Shown here: positions 12,776 through 25,400 of the stretch, in pieces
Position numbering within the stretch: the stretch's first letter is position 1
Layout of the letters: every line of letters begins with the position of its first letter
From: Vicugna vicugna
Taxonomy: Eukaryota
Direction of reading: 5' to 3'
Length of the DNA stretch: 64,000 bases
NCBI GenBank assembly: GCA_013265495.1
Contig: MU057801.1
Coordinates: 2,508,765 to 2,572,764 of the forward strand
Translations under genes and position numbers: made by a program
The notes under the pieces: generated by a model
Told to the model about the DNA's origin: nothing
The model's database searches: none
The model's input: only the letters and a program-made list of their open reading frames with translations

Positions 12776-15700
12776 GGAGAGCTGGTCACGGGGCGCGTGC
12801 GTGAGGATGCTCCAGGTTGCGGCAGCCTTTCTTTGATGCAGCCTCTTTCCTAGCGACAGCACCTCTTCTGTCTGCGGTGGCTTTGCTTTCTTTCCCTTTG
12901 TGAGATGTGTCCCTCGACACACGGAAGCATCATGGACATAACAATAACCAAGCTTCGGGGGTAAAAACCATTCATTCGTTTTATGGGACGTTTGCCGTTT
13001 CAACAAGACGCGGCTGGATCTGCAGTGGGACGGGAGGGCAGGGTGACACTGGGCCGGGCTGGGCCGGGGCAGGAGGAGACGCCGTCCCAGTACCGCCAGC
13101 CCCGTCTCGGCCTGAGGCACCGCCCGGCCCTCCTGCTCCTCCTGCCGCCCTGCCTGTAACTCCAGCAGGACCTCCCGCCTTCTGGCTTGTCTCCTCTTCC
13201 GAGGCGCACCTCAAGCCCCTCTTGGCCAGGAAGTCTGCCCTGAGGGTTATTCCTCTGAGAGTCTCTTATCTCAGCGCGGAACATTCACGGCTGAAAAAGC
13301 CAAGCCAAACAGCACAGGACGACACAGTCTCCTCGCCCCGCCCACAGGCAGCCGGTCCCGGATCCTCGCACAGGGCCTGTGCCCACGTGTGTCGTCGGCA
13401 CGGCGTGGCAGACCTGCTGCCTTCACCTGCGTCCTGCAGGGAGCTGCTGGGACGCCCCCAGGGCTGTCTTTCTGGGGACAGAGAACGCAGGTATCTACCC
13501 GGTGACCCCGTCCCTCATTGGTGGTCCTGGGGCATTGCCTCCTCGGCACTTCAGGAAGCCCCGCAGGTGCCCAGGGAGCTGGGGCAGGGACGCAGACCCA
13601 CACGGGCGCAGGCGAGGCCCCGTCAGGACCTGCAGAACTGACCATCCCAGCTGCAGGCGACCTCGGACAGGAGCCCGTGGGACGCAGGTGGGCCGTCGAC
13701 GCGCCTGCCACATCTTCTCAGCCGAGCCAAGCCCGAGTGATGTCCACGCTCCAGGCCCCCGGCTCACACGCGCGGCCTGAGCAGCAAACGGCCCTGGAGC
13801 TGCAGGAGGCACATGGGCCGCCTCACATGCCCCCGAAAGACCAGTTACGCGGAAACAGATCACGCTGTCTGCAGCCCGGCCCCAAGCGTCACTCACCGCG
13901 AGCGTTTGCCCAGAAAGCATCTGGACCCCAGACACTCGGAGACAGTGAACAGCGTCGAGCCCACGCCCCGGAGGGACTCGGGGAGGGACTCGGGGACAGA
14001 GAGGGTCGCGCCTGAGCTGCGCCCTCTGGAGCTCCAAGGGCTGTTTGTGTCAAAATCACGGATCCGCGCCCCTTGCTGCGCCGTGTGGGAGTTTCCTGTC
14101 GGCCCTCAGACCAGCCTGTGCAGCATCTGGGCAGCTCTCCTCGGCTGCTTCTGCAACCTCTGAAGCCGAGGCGTCAGTGACCTGCTCTGGGGGGCGACCT
14201 GTGCAGGAGGGTCCCCAGCTCCTTCCCCTGACGCTGCTTCTGCAGGCCCAAAGGCCAGCAGCGGCCTCTACGTCGGAAGAGACGGGGGAACCGGGACTGG
14301 GGAGGCCCAGGCCCCAGCCCAGCTCCTTCCCAGCAGGGCCTGTGGGGACAACAGTGTATTCAGAAAACTGGCAGGCAGGATGGAGGGTCAGAGGCCAGAG
14401 GTCAAGTGGAGTTAGGCCCCAGGCCCCTCGGAGGCTCAGGCAAGAGGTGGCCGAGTCTCCGGGACACGGGGACAAGTGGCGGGACTTCTGCCAGGTGAGG
14501 GAGCGGCCGTGACACCCCGTCCAGCCTCCAGGCCAGGTTCTGCCCCAGCCTTCCTGGGTTCACGTCTCTCAGAAAAAGCATGGTGACGTGCGGTGCTCTG
14601 CCTAATGGCAGAGGCGCCTCACAAACTGAGAGACGACACAGATGCGAGTGGAGCCGTTTCTGTTTTCCGTCACATAACCAGGCTGCGCTCATCAGCGGGC
14701 AACTCAGACGGAAGCGCGTTTGGGAAAGTTTGCCCTTGTCCTTGGTAACACAGCTGCCTGAGGCCGGGCTGCCTCGGGGCTGAGGCGGACGATTCTCCCG
14801 CTGCTGTTGTTCTCATTCTCAAGCGAACAGTCCTCAAACACTGTTAGCAGATGCTGTCACTGACCTTGAACTGGACCTGGCATCCAAGCCTGGGCTGCGG
14901 CTGGGAGGTGGGCTTCTCCGGGGGCTGCTCTGGGCCAGGCAAACCCTTCACCTGGAGACGCTGGGAGGCGACCCCAGCCCCCACGGGCGATGTCGGGCAA
15001 GCAGCTCAGCCCCTGCTTCTGGGTGGACGGCTGCCTTGGAAGCACTGACAGCCCAGCGCCCAGCGGGACCAGGCTGAGGTCACACTTCTCCTGAACCACG
15101 TCTCTGCCCAGATTCCCTGCCGGATCCCCTCACTCCCTTGCAGGTTCCTCCTGAGAGCCTTCTGGCTATAAATCTCATGCTCAGGCTGTGTTCCCGGGCA
15201 ACCGACCTCAGTCAATGCAGAAACGCTTCACTGAGGACCTTCCGTCGAGACGGCAGTGCATGTGTGTGCACACGAGGTGCACACACTTGCACTGCGGGCG
15301 AGGCTGTTTTCCCCAGTCCTGCGACCGGCACGCAGCAGAGCTGGGACCTGAGCCCCGCTCACCACGTGGTGTGTAGCTGCCCCTCTCACCGGAAACCAGA
15401 GCTCTAGGGTTTTGACCTTGTCTCGGGTGTTGGAGCCCAGGATCGTATGCCTTCAGACCCAGAAGGGCTGTGCGAGTGTCGCTGGAGCCGCCCCCAGTGC
15501 TGGCCATGCGCAGGGACGGCCGGGCCGTCTTTCCCTCCTAGACGCGCGTCTGCACGTGGCCTCCCGCGGCCGGGGTCCGGGGACCCCGCGTCCCTGCCCG
15601 CTCTCCGGTGACATGGGCACGTCCTAACTGGATGCGTGGCCGATCCAGCGGAGAATTCTGATCATTAAAGCAGGCTCAGTGAGGTGCCTGTTACAGAGCT

Positions 15701-16544
15701 CGGACTCGGGGATCTCAGACTGAGGGGACACCCTGCCTCCACCCTGCGGGCTCCGTGTGGGCCGGGTGGAAGTCGGCCCCAGGGGCAGAGCGCACAGCAG
15801 GTAGGGCCCTGGCTCCCGCCGGCCTCCCCTCCAGCCCTCTCCTGCGGGAATTCCCGAGCCTTCCCAGCCGCCCTCCAGCTTCCACTCTTTTTCCTCCTGA
15901 ATGAACTGCGAGGAGGGCGAAGGCACGTTCTGCTAATGAAAGTATTTAACTCGGCCTTTTCTCTTGGCGGTGGGAGCTCCTGAGGGCAAAACTGTACAAT
16001 AGAAAGGAAATGATTAACAACCTCAATCTGTGTTTCTGAAATTAGACCTCCGAGTATCCGTCTACTTCAGAGCTCGGATGGGACCCGCTGAGCAGGGGTG
16101 GGACTAATACGGGACGGGAAGGAGCCTTGGCACCAGCTCTGCACGGAGAGGCCAGCGGTGCTGGGCACCGGCCGCGGCCCGGAGGGAAAGCGACTGCAGC
16201 AGAGGAGTGAAAGCACAGCGGAAGGCCCGGGAACACGCAGACCAAGCAGCGCAGACGGCAGGCCAGGGGAAGCCGCGCCCACGCGCCAGCTGGCCCGCCC
16301 TCGCGGGAGGACAGAGGAACGGGAAGGGACGCCAGCGCGCCCTGCGCCGAGCAGCTGGGAATGCTCTTGAGTCCATCAGCAAACTTAAAAATCACTATCA
16401 AAGTACTGTGGTCACTTTAAATAAACTTTGGCAAGGTGTCTATAAAGTTAATACGGAAAAGAAAATATAAGAGAATAGTAAAAACTTCTAGACATCAGTG
16501 GTGGTGAGAAAGCTGTCTTACCAGACCTGAGAGCAGCCACACAG

Positions 16545-16668
16545 TCAGGCCGGGGAGTCGGCGGCTGACCCGGGCCGCGCTGGGCGGCGAGCCGGAGGGG
16601 ACGGACCGTCGCGGGAGAGACCTGCGCGCAGACACGCGGGCCGCGGGAGGCCGCGGGGGGAGGTGAGC
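16545..16668. promoter_or_regulatory. Mini CpG island flanked by outward-facing splice-donor-like motifs
   Basis: Dense CpG 16550-16660; + strand GAG|GTGAGC at 16663; - strand CTG|GTAAGA at 16521. Confidence 0.3.
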
Positions 16669-17838
16669 CAGTCAGTGCGCTGTACCCCGGAAAACCCGCT
16701 CCGTTCCATGGCAGATTAGCAGCGCTGTCAGCCCCAGCCTCCCCGCCAGCTTACGTTATGTGGCACCAGGACTCGCAGACACAATGAAGGTCACAGACCT
16801 TGAAGTGGGGAGCGGACCCCCAAACACCTGAGCCCCCAAACCAACCCCTTGAGCCTTTGAAAGCTGAACTGTCCACCGGGAGAGGCTGAAGGAGGGCGGG
16901 GGTGACGTGGTGCTGTTTTAAACAGGGGGAAGGGCCCTGAGACGGAGGAACTGGGGGCAGGAAAGGTGAGGTGTGTCCTTCCCGAGTCTCCAGGAAGCAG
17001 AGGACCCCCACGTCCTGGTCTTGGTCCAGGGAGCCCGCGTCGGACTTCTGGCGACGTGAGCCAGAAACAGAGTCTTGGTGACTTGTTTCAGCGGCAACAG
17101 CAAATGAACACAACTTTGGAAAAGTGAGGTTTCTACCATTCCACGGATAAAAATACATTCTGGACTAATTAATGAGCCAAATTCAACAAAACATCTGGTC
17201 CGACAGTTACAAACGCGGCGTCTGTGAGATGTGTGTGGCGGGCTGGGAGGGGCTGAAAGCGGATTCAGCAGAATGTGCGTCCGTCCCTCGAAGTGCAGAC
17301 CGCCCTCCGAGCTCACAGAAACCCAGAAGTGAGAAAACAGAAAGATGCGAACCTTGCTTCAAAAACATTAAGACGTTCTGAAGGACAAAACAAAAGCAAC
17401 ACGTAGTCTGGCACATGCAACTGACAAAGTAGTTTCTGGCATGTGTCACTGGCAGAGGGGTAGAACCTTTATCACAGAAAAATGACACTGCAGCATGCAA
17501 GAAAAGTCACAGGCGCCAGGTGGAAAACAATCGCGCAGCCTGAGACTGGGAAATTCCCAGAACACGCGGTTCCAGTGGCCAGCGAGGGCAGAGGAAAAGT
17601 GAGACCCGCGGAACAGCAATGACACTGATGGCCACACGTCGTCCGTCAGATCGGCAGAGCTTTCAAATGTAGGAACGGTTAAGATCAAACACTTCATAAA
17701 GATTTTCCTGTTCTCCTTCATAGTGTGTAAATGTATGAAGTACATGAGAGCGAAATGAAGTAAAATGTTTCTGTCTCTAGCTTGTCCCTTGCTTGCGTGA
17801 ACCCTGATTTTTCACTTTTCCTTCCATGACACCAGATA

Positions 17839-18010
17839 AACATATGTGCAGATGCACACACACATGTGCACACTCACGTATACATGTACACGCGCACACA
17901 CGCACACGTGCATGGTCATGCTTGCACACACAGATGCGCACATGCATGTGAACACGCGGTCACACACAAGGTCACACACAGTCACACACACACCCACTCA
18001 CACGCACACC
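17839..18010. repeat. Degenerate (CA/TG)-rich simple repeat
   Basis: gcacacacacatgtgcacactcacgtatacatgtacacgcgcacacac...gtcacacacacacccactcacacgcacacc. Confidence 0.85.
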
Positions 18011-18524
18011 ACTCCCAAGGCCTCACCCCACCCCCTTTACCGCGCTGGCTCCCTGCTCTCCCGCCACCCTTGCTCTGTCCGCGTTCCAGGCCGTCTGCCA
18101 GCCTCACTCAGATTTATCTTGAGAGAAGTCCAACCCTAACCCACTTTCCCAGGGCGGGTCTTGGGGGAACGACAGCTCCGATGTAGGACAAGCCGGCTGC
18201 TCCGGGGAGACGCCCTGCTTTCCACACAGGTCGTCCTCTGCTCAGCCTGATGGAGCCTGTGGTTCAGAAAGGGGCCCCCCGCTGCCACGCTCAAAGGGCA
18301 AGGGCGGGGCGGGGCTGTGGGCCCCGGGGCCTGGGCACAGGGACTGTCCACAGGTCTCGAAAAGTGAGGGGTGGTTGGAATTGGTAAGGGGGCTGATGAA
18401 GCGGCCTTGGCCTGGTGGGTGCAGCACCCGGGGTCTGGAAGGAGTCCTGGGCGGAGTCTCTGCCGGGCCTCAGGGAGCAGGCGCCTGCACAGCGTCCTGT
18501 CTGCTTCCTCACGTGCTGCTCCCA

Positions 18525-18538
18525 GCACCAGGCGGCGC
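18525..18538 (+). promoter_or_regulatory. CTCF-like motif (forward)
   Basis: GCACCAGGCGGCGC matches 12/14 positions of core CCRSYAGRKGGCRS; binding unproven in GC-rich DNA. Confidence 0.3.
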
Positions 18539-21500
18539 GGGGGCCAGAAATCCTGCTGGTCTCAGTTCTCAGCATTGCTCAGAAGGAAGGCAAGCTGGAC
18601 TCCACACAGAAGGAGTCCCTTTGGGAAGGGCTGGGTGGAAATTCGCGCGTTCACGAGGGAAGACCAGAGCAGACCGTGGCCCCCACAGTCACCCCGGGAG
18701 CAGGTGGGACAGCTTCCGTGCCCCTCGGAGCTAGCTGCTGGTTTTTATTTTAATGTTAAACCCCTGCACGATTTATAACACAACTCATATATTAGGCACA
18801 GTTTAATGAATCAATCTGATATTTTTGCGAAAAGCGAGACATACTAAGAATATGAACGTATTAGTGAATCAAATGATTTGTTCCAAACAATACGACACTG
18901 TGATGCCACATCTAATTAGAGATTAAAATCAGGAAGCTGATTAGAGACAACAGACAGACAGGTTGGTAGTTGTTCCGTGTGTACAAGGTGGTGGGCCAAG
19001 CGGACACGCAGCGACCGGTGCAGGACGGCGCTTTGCCGAGGGAGAGCGGGAGCGGAGGAGAGCCTGCGGCCACAGGCTCTCCCGGGGCCTCACCTGAGCC
19101 CAACCAGAAGGGCCAGCGTGTGATGGCACAGCTCCGAACTGGACTGGGGAGGTTGCGGTGAATGCTCTCTCCAAATCCAGCCACGGCAACAACTCACTAA
19201 CCGCCTGCCCGAGCCCGGACCCCAAGTCGAGCATCTTGGTTCAGTTCCTTAGCCGCTACGTTCACGGTGCAATAAAGTCGAATCATCTTTTGGGAAGAAC
19301 TTTTACATCATGAAAATGGACATGGACCATGAAGCTACGTGGAAATGAAACACATTGTCTGCAAGTGTGCTCGTGACTTCAAGTATTTTAAACCAAATGT
19401 GCAATGAAATAGCTCTTGCGGGGAGCCCACTGGTCTGTGCAGAGGCTCCCCCAGCGGTGGGCGGGGCCGTGCGGGCCGCACCGGAGCCGAGCCAGGACGC
19501 TGTCCCCCTCCTGGCCCCCGTCCCCTCCCTCGGCGACCCTGCACAGCACGTCTCTCTTCGCTTTGGGTCTTCCTGGTTTTGTCTCCCCCACCCCCAGCCT
19601 CCCAGATTATCAGCCCTTTCCAGGCAGAGGCTGGTGTCACCATCTCCTCTGTGGTATCTAAGGAGATACCTGGGCCTCCATCAGCAGGGGAGTGACCTGC
19701 GTCCCCCACCTGCCCGCCGACCCAGAGGAAGACGCTTCCTGTGGGTTCAGACCCCACCTCCTGGAGCCGCAGTTCCCCGACCACTCGGACTCCCTGTGGG
19801 AGAAAGTCCAGGACTGGCCACCCCTGCAGAAGGGGGGCCCCCCGGGGAAGGAGACAGGGAGGTCCTCTGGAAAACGGAAGTCGTCCGGGCAACTGACATT
19901 CAGCAGGTCCCCTGGGGATTCACTTTCTAAATGGCTTCTAATTTCCTGAGTGTTTTGTCCTTTTCTCTCCTGTATTCAGGCACCCAGTGAGCAGGACTCT
20001 GTGCCATAAATTTCTGACATTCCCTCCCGGGCAAAATCCTCTAATTATAAAGCACCGCTCTCCCCGAGAACCAAAGGAAAGAGTAAATTACTTCACCTTT
20101 GTTTCCACCACTGGCCCCCGGGCCGGCTGTCTTCTGCTCCCCGCAGCGCCAGGCCCGCCCCTTCCCACTATCCGCAGCCTGTGCGGGGCGCCCCGCGCTC
20201 CCCTGCAGCCCGGAGTCGGGGCCTCTGCCTCCCCCTGGGCACCGCCGTGTCCCTCACAGAAGGTCAAAGAAGCTGAGGTGTGGATCCGCACTCCCACCAG
20301 CCCTGGCAGCCAGAGGCCAGCAGCCTCTTAGACCCCGACCGCCGGGGAGAATCCTGCCAGGAGTTCCCAAGCTGCCCTCAGGCTACTTGGACCGACAGGA
20401 CGGCCACAGAGGACGGAGGGTTTAAAGCACGCTGGTGCGCGTGACCCAGCGCTTTGCACATGTGGTGCCAAGTCCTCCTCCCCATGTGACAAAGAGACGG
20501 TCACTGCGCCCATCGCACACTTCGGACCTGAGGCCTGGAGGGGCCAAGTGCTTGCCCAGGGTCTGTCTCTCTCTTCACAGACACACCTGCATGCATGCAA
20601 GCACACACGCGCACATGGGCGCACACACGCAGTCGCTAAGCCCAGAGCCCTCTTTCCCAGGCGCAGGAAAACGTGCCGCAGCGGCCTCAGCTGCTGGGGC
20701 TCAGAGGTTCGAACCGGCCAAAACTCCGTCCACGGCGGTGGGCAGTGGGCGGCGGGCGTGAGGGTTTCCCTGGAGGCTACTGGGGACTCGGTCGAGGCTT
20801 GAACCCCAGGTGTCTTGGGCAGGTTCTCCCAGAGTCACACCCCGAGGTGGGACCCAGGGGCGAGTGACTGATGACAGAAGACGTCCCGGTTGGGTCAGGA
20901 GGAGCAGGAGAGGGGATGGGGAGGGAGGCGGTCACACCGGGGCAGGACCTCAGGACAGTCCCACAGCGGGGGCCTCAGCCTGACCCCAAGGCTCTGGAGG
21001 GCAGGCGACAGCTCTGCTTTGTCCTGTCCTGCCAAGGAAGGGAGCTGGGCTGTCACGCCCCCGCCTGCCCATCACTGGTCACCGGCCCCCAGGGGGGACC
21101 CCACCCACAGGCGACCCCAGCTCTCTGAGCGCAGGGTGAGCAGCCGTGTGGCCCGAGTCCCCTGAAGGAGGTGCAGGTGCTGGAGACAGGAGCTGCGAGT
21201 GGGCGCACGCTGGGCAGAGGAATCAGGGTGTGCGGGCGGGGAGGCCAGGACCCACCGCTCCGGGTCCCCCGCAGGTATCACACCAACCCCGCCACAGCAG
21301 AGCCCCGACCTCGGCAGCACGCGCTGGGGCTGGGAGGCCAGCAGTGACCTCGGCAATGCAAGCTGGAAAATAGGTCTTGGAAGAAAGGCTGACAAAATTA
21401 GTCCACTTAGTCTCAAGAGAAGACGGAACAGTGATCCAGTAACCGCGAGGAGAAGGCGGCTGCTTCGGCGGAACTGGGACACACGGCAAACGCGCGAGGG

Positions 21501-22252
21501 CTGGGCGGCGTCGGACCCAGAGGAGAAGGCAGCCCTCAGCCGGCAGCGATGCCGGTGCCTCCCGACGTGACTCGCCCCGAGCAGGCGTGACGCAGGCATA
21601 GCGCACGAGGCAGACCGAGGACAGCCCTGTGCGGCCCTGGGGGCGGAGCGCTCGGGAGAGAAGCGCACGCAGTCCAGGCTGAGACAAGCCAGGAGGACGC
21701 GTCTCCCACCGTCCCCGGCGCTCTGGGTGGGGGCGGCATCCTTGAGGGCGCGCAGGCTTCAGCCCAGGGCCCTCGGCCCACTTAACCCCCCGGGGGCCCT
21801 GTGGCTGCAGTCAGCGGGCGTGTGTCACCCAGGACGACTGTCAGTGAGGAAGGCGGGCCTGTGCCTGGGGGAAAGGCGGCGTTGGGAGCACTCCTCTGCT
21901 GGAGCAGGGTTCATGTGAGTCAGCGTGGTGTCATTAAGGGATACCCAAAGCACCCCGAGCATCGGCTGCACCGTTTCTGTTTCTTCCAGCCGTGGACACG
22001 CACCCTCACCACACCGGGCCACGCCCTTCCTCCAGCACCCTGGGCTCGAGGCGCCATCCGGGACCAGCATCTCCACTTAAGCAGGAAACCCGAGAAGCAA
22101 GGAGTTGCCGCTCCCACTCCAGAGGGCGAGCAGGGTTTGTGGGTGTTCCTCCCTCCAATCTCGCGTTTCTGCTCCAGGAGCCAAGCCTTCAGGCACCTCC
22201 CTCCTTCCCTGCTCCCGTGTCTAATTTTTACTGATAAAATGGAAAGATTGTT

Positions 22253-22403
22253 GGGGGACGGTGTAGCTCAGTGGCAGAGCACGTGCTTAGCATGCATGAG
22301 GTCCTGGGTTCAACCCCTGGTGCCTCCATTAAAAAACAGACAAATTAATAAATAAATAAAAACCTAATCACCTCCCCCTCGAAAACAAACAAACAAACAA
22401 AAA
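22253..22403 (+). mobile_element. tRNA-Ala(AGC)-derived SINE, camelid (Vic-type)
   Basis: Head gggggacggtgtagctcagtggcagagcacgtgcttagcatgcatgaggtcctgggttcaacccctggtgcctcca is tRNA-Ala-like; A box TAGCTCAGTGG 22264-22274, B box GGTTCAACCC 22307-22316; tail aaataaataaaaacctaatcacctcccc plus (CAAA)n A-rich end. Confidence 0.9.
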
Positions 22404-25400
22404 GGAATGCGCTTTCTTTGAAAGGAGTGACAGCGACGCCCACACAGGAAGTCCCGGAACCTCAGCTGGGACTGGGCTCCAGGCACCGACGGGGCTGGGA
22501 GGACTGGTGCCCGGCACCACCCGGGAGCAGAGGGGACGCCGTACGTCCGTCGGTCAGCCGCTGGGCTGCAAGGGTGGCGCCAAGTGTGGGGAGCGTTCAT
22601 CCTTCCACCCTGTGGGCAGCCCTCGGACGGGCCCCATGGTCAGCGAGTCCAAGTGCACTGTGGTCGGGAGGAAGCCCCCGCCCAGGAGGCCCAGACGTGG
22701 CATCAGTTCTGCCACTTGGCCGGTGTGACCGGGGCCTGGCCTGGGTCCTGAAGGCCCGGGGGGCTCCGAGTGCCGCCCGGCCCTGCTCACAGGAAGAGGG
22801 CCGTGCTCCCAGCCGGGAGGGCCTGGCAGGGCAGGACAGCGGGGTCAGGCCCCAGACCCACCCGAGGGTAGGGGAAGCTGATGCCGGAAACGGGAAACAC
22901 CATCAAACCCAAAGACCACAGGAAAGGGGAGGAAGGCTGGACCAGTCACCTGGAAGGTGAAAAAGCAAACAAATCAGGGCCAAACTGGGTCGGGGGTGTG
23001 GTTCAGAGCCAAGCCCCCGCTCCCCTCCCACGCGACCCCCTCGGAGCTGCCGCCTCTGCACGTGGTCGGGCTGTGGTGCCCACCCTGCTGCTCCCGCCTG
23101 CGCGTCCCCGCCACCCACACGCCGTCCCGAGGACAGGGTGGCCGAGGGGACGTCTCACAGGGGACACTCATCCTGGTGCTGCTTCAGAATTTGCCTTCGT
23201 CTTGGTACTTAGGGAGCAGTTAAACCGTTTTCAGAAAAGAGACACATTTCCGTGGAAAACTGCGTCTCAGTGAAACAGTGAGGTGTCTTTCCTTACCTGT
23301 TGGGTTTTTTGTGCTCAAACAGGGTTTCTTGACGAGACAAAACGTTGTTGTGCAGCTGGTTTGCGTGCGGGAGAGGCGGGCGGCGGGCGGCGGGCTGGGC
23401 CCCGCGCCCCTGCGGGCAGCCGGGACACCACCACCCAAGCCGGTCAGCGAGCCCGCACCGGACAGGAGCTGCTGCCAAGAGCCCGCAGCAGTGAAAGCCA
23501 CACAGGTTTTCACAATATAATGTTATGGGCAATGTAAGCTTTTAATTATCAAACACATCTGTGTGGGAAGGAGAACGAGTTTAGATGATACACCCACATT
23601 CCAGGAAGAGGCTCTGCACAGGAGCGTCCCACGGTGCTCGCAGTGTGTGCGCTCTGCTCCGCGACGCGTCCTCGTCCGACCACGGACAGCGCTCGTGCAG
23701 CTGCCGCCCGGGAGCTGAGGATACACGCAGCACAGAGTAACTGCCCCGCCCCACGCCTGCACACCGTCCTGCCCCCGGACAGCGCCCAGGCCAGCAGGTG
23801 TAACAAGTAAGACGGGTAAGACAGAGCGCCAGGCGGGAAGCGGTCCAGGCAACAGGGACACAGGGGGACGACCCCTCCTCGAAGGGAGGACAGGTCCCAG
23901 TTTTGTGTCCTGGGACTGGGGATGTTGGAGTCGAGCCTGCCTGCAGGCGGATGGAGGTGCAGCCGGCGATGCCCTGACAGCAAGCGAACCACGTCTGAGG
24001 GGCCCCGGGAAGGACCAGCTCCCGGGACACCTAGGGGCCGTGCGGATGTGCGTGACAGTCGCCCGGCGCACACAGCGCAGAGACAGGTCCCGGCGCCTGC
24101 CTGAGCGAGCGCCTTTATTTCACAGGCGTTCTTTTCCTGAATGTGAGTGATAAACTGGACATCACAAAAATGAACGTGCTTTCATTCATGCTTTTTCCCT
24201 CCAGTTCCACGTCCTGCAGAATTACAGAAATGGTCACTTTTGCCATAGAAGTCTATTCTTTTATAGGGGAAAAACAAAGCTCACACAACAAAAACCATAA
24301 TGTCTTGAGCCAGAAACAAGTTTGTAGGCCTTTTTAAAAAGGCTCGAAATCATGCTAATAATTAATGCCGTGTTTAAACGCTTACTTCTGCACCAGCAAG
24401 GTTTTCAAGGGGCCCAACCTCTCGGCTCTTCGTTACTTCAGAGATGGGCTGGGACACAGGGAGCTTTTGTGCAGCAAGTAAAACACGGTCATCTTTCGTT
24501 TTAGTGAAGGAGGGACACTGTCCACTTTGCTGAGGAGATCAAAGCGGACGTATGAGTCCATTTTTGAGGCTAGTGTTTTTGAACACATGGCACACGTTCT
24601 GGCCTGACAGTCCATCCTGATAGCAAGGTTTTTTTTGTAAAGCTGAGTTTTTCCTAATTATTTTTCTCGTCAATGGTCCTGAAAACAATCCTGCTTTTCA
24701 GCTAAGACACATTTTCTCAAAGATACAGATTTTTCTGATACTGTCGATCATAATAGATAAACACTATGGATCCGTAACTGGATCACGGAAACTAGTAAGT
24801 AGATAAAGAAGCCACCTGACAAGGCAGGTCGGGCGGACCGTGGAGGACCAGCCCTGCCGGCGACACAGGGGCTGTGGGGTGGGCAGGCTGGGTTGATACC
24901 TGACACGGCCAGAGATACCCAAGACAAAGTGAGGCCAAATTTGTGTTCAGGTCAAGGGATCGTCCAGCGGGAAGAAATAAACTGCCCAGATCAGGGGACG
25001 GAATGGACGCAGGGTGGGAGACGCCCAGCAGGAAGGGCCAGAACACCTGCACGGAGGGCAGGGGGACCCTGAACCTGATCTCGGTCCCGCTTGGTCTCCG
25101 GCTGCCCGGCACGAGGGGGCTGTTTGCTGGGAAAGGCGTAGCAAAGGACCTACCCCAGCTGGACACTGCAACTGAGCCTTCGCCTTCCACTGTCCCATGT
25201 GTGTCTGGGGTCCTAGACGTGCTGGGGTCGCTCCGGGCTCTGGCTTTAAGGCCTGGAGCTGAGCAGAGGAGGAGCCCGCGTCCCAGGATGCGAGTGAGAC
25301 TAAAGAAATAGGCCGGTGCAAGTCATCAGAGCAAGGAGGAGGGCCGGGGCGCCAGAGGGACCCGTCCAGGGGATCTGGGGCATCCGGTGACAGATGCCCT

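Noticed and set aside
22253-22328. tRNA-Ala gene
   Set aside because: Acceptor stem pairing is imperfect, there is no oligo-T terminator, and it carries the SINE tail and A-rich end; a second diverged copy with TSD exists at 33508.
24433-24618. Minus-strand 60-aa ORF/exon MDCQART... ending at a GTAACG donor
   Set aside because: Acceptor has an A-run instead of a pyrimidine tract, and the peptide is unrecognisable.
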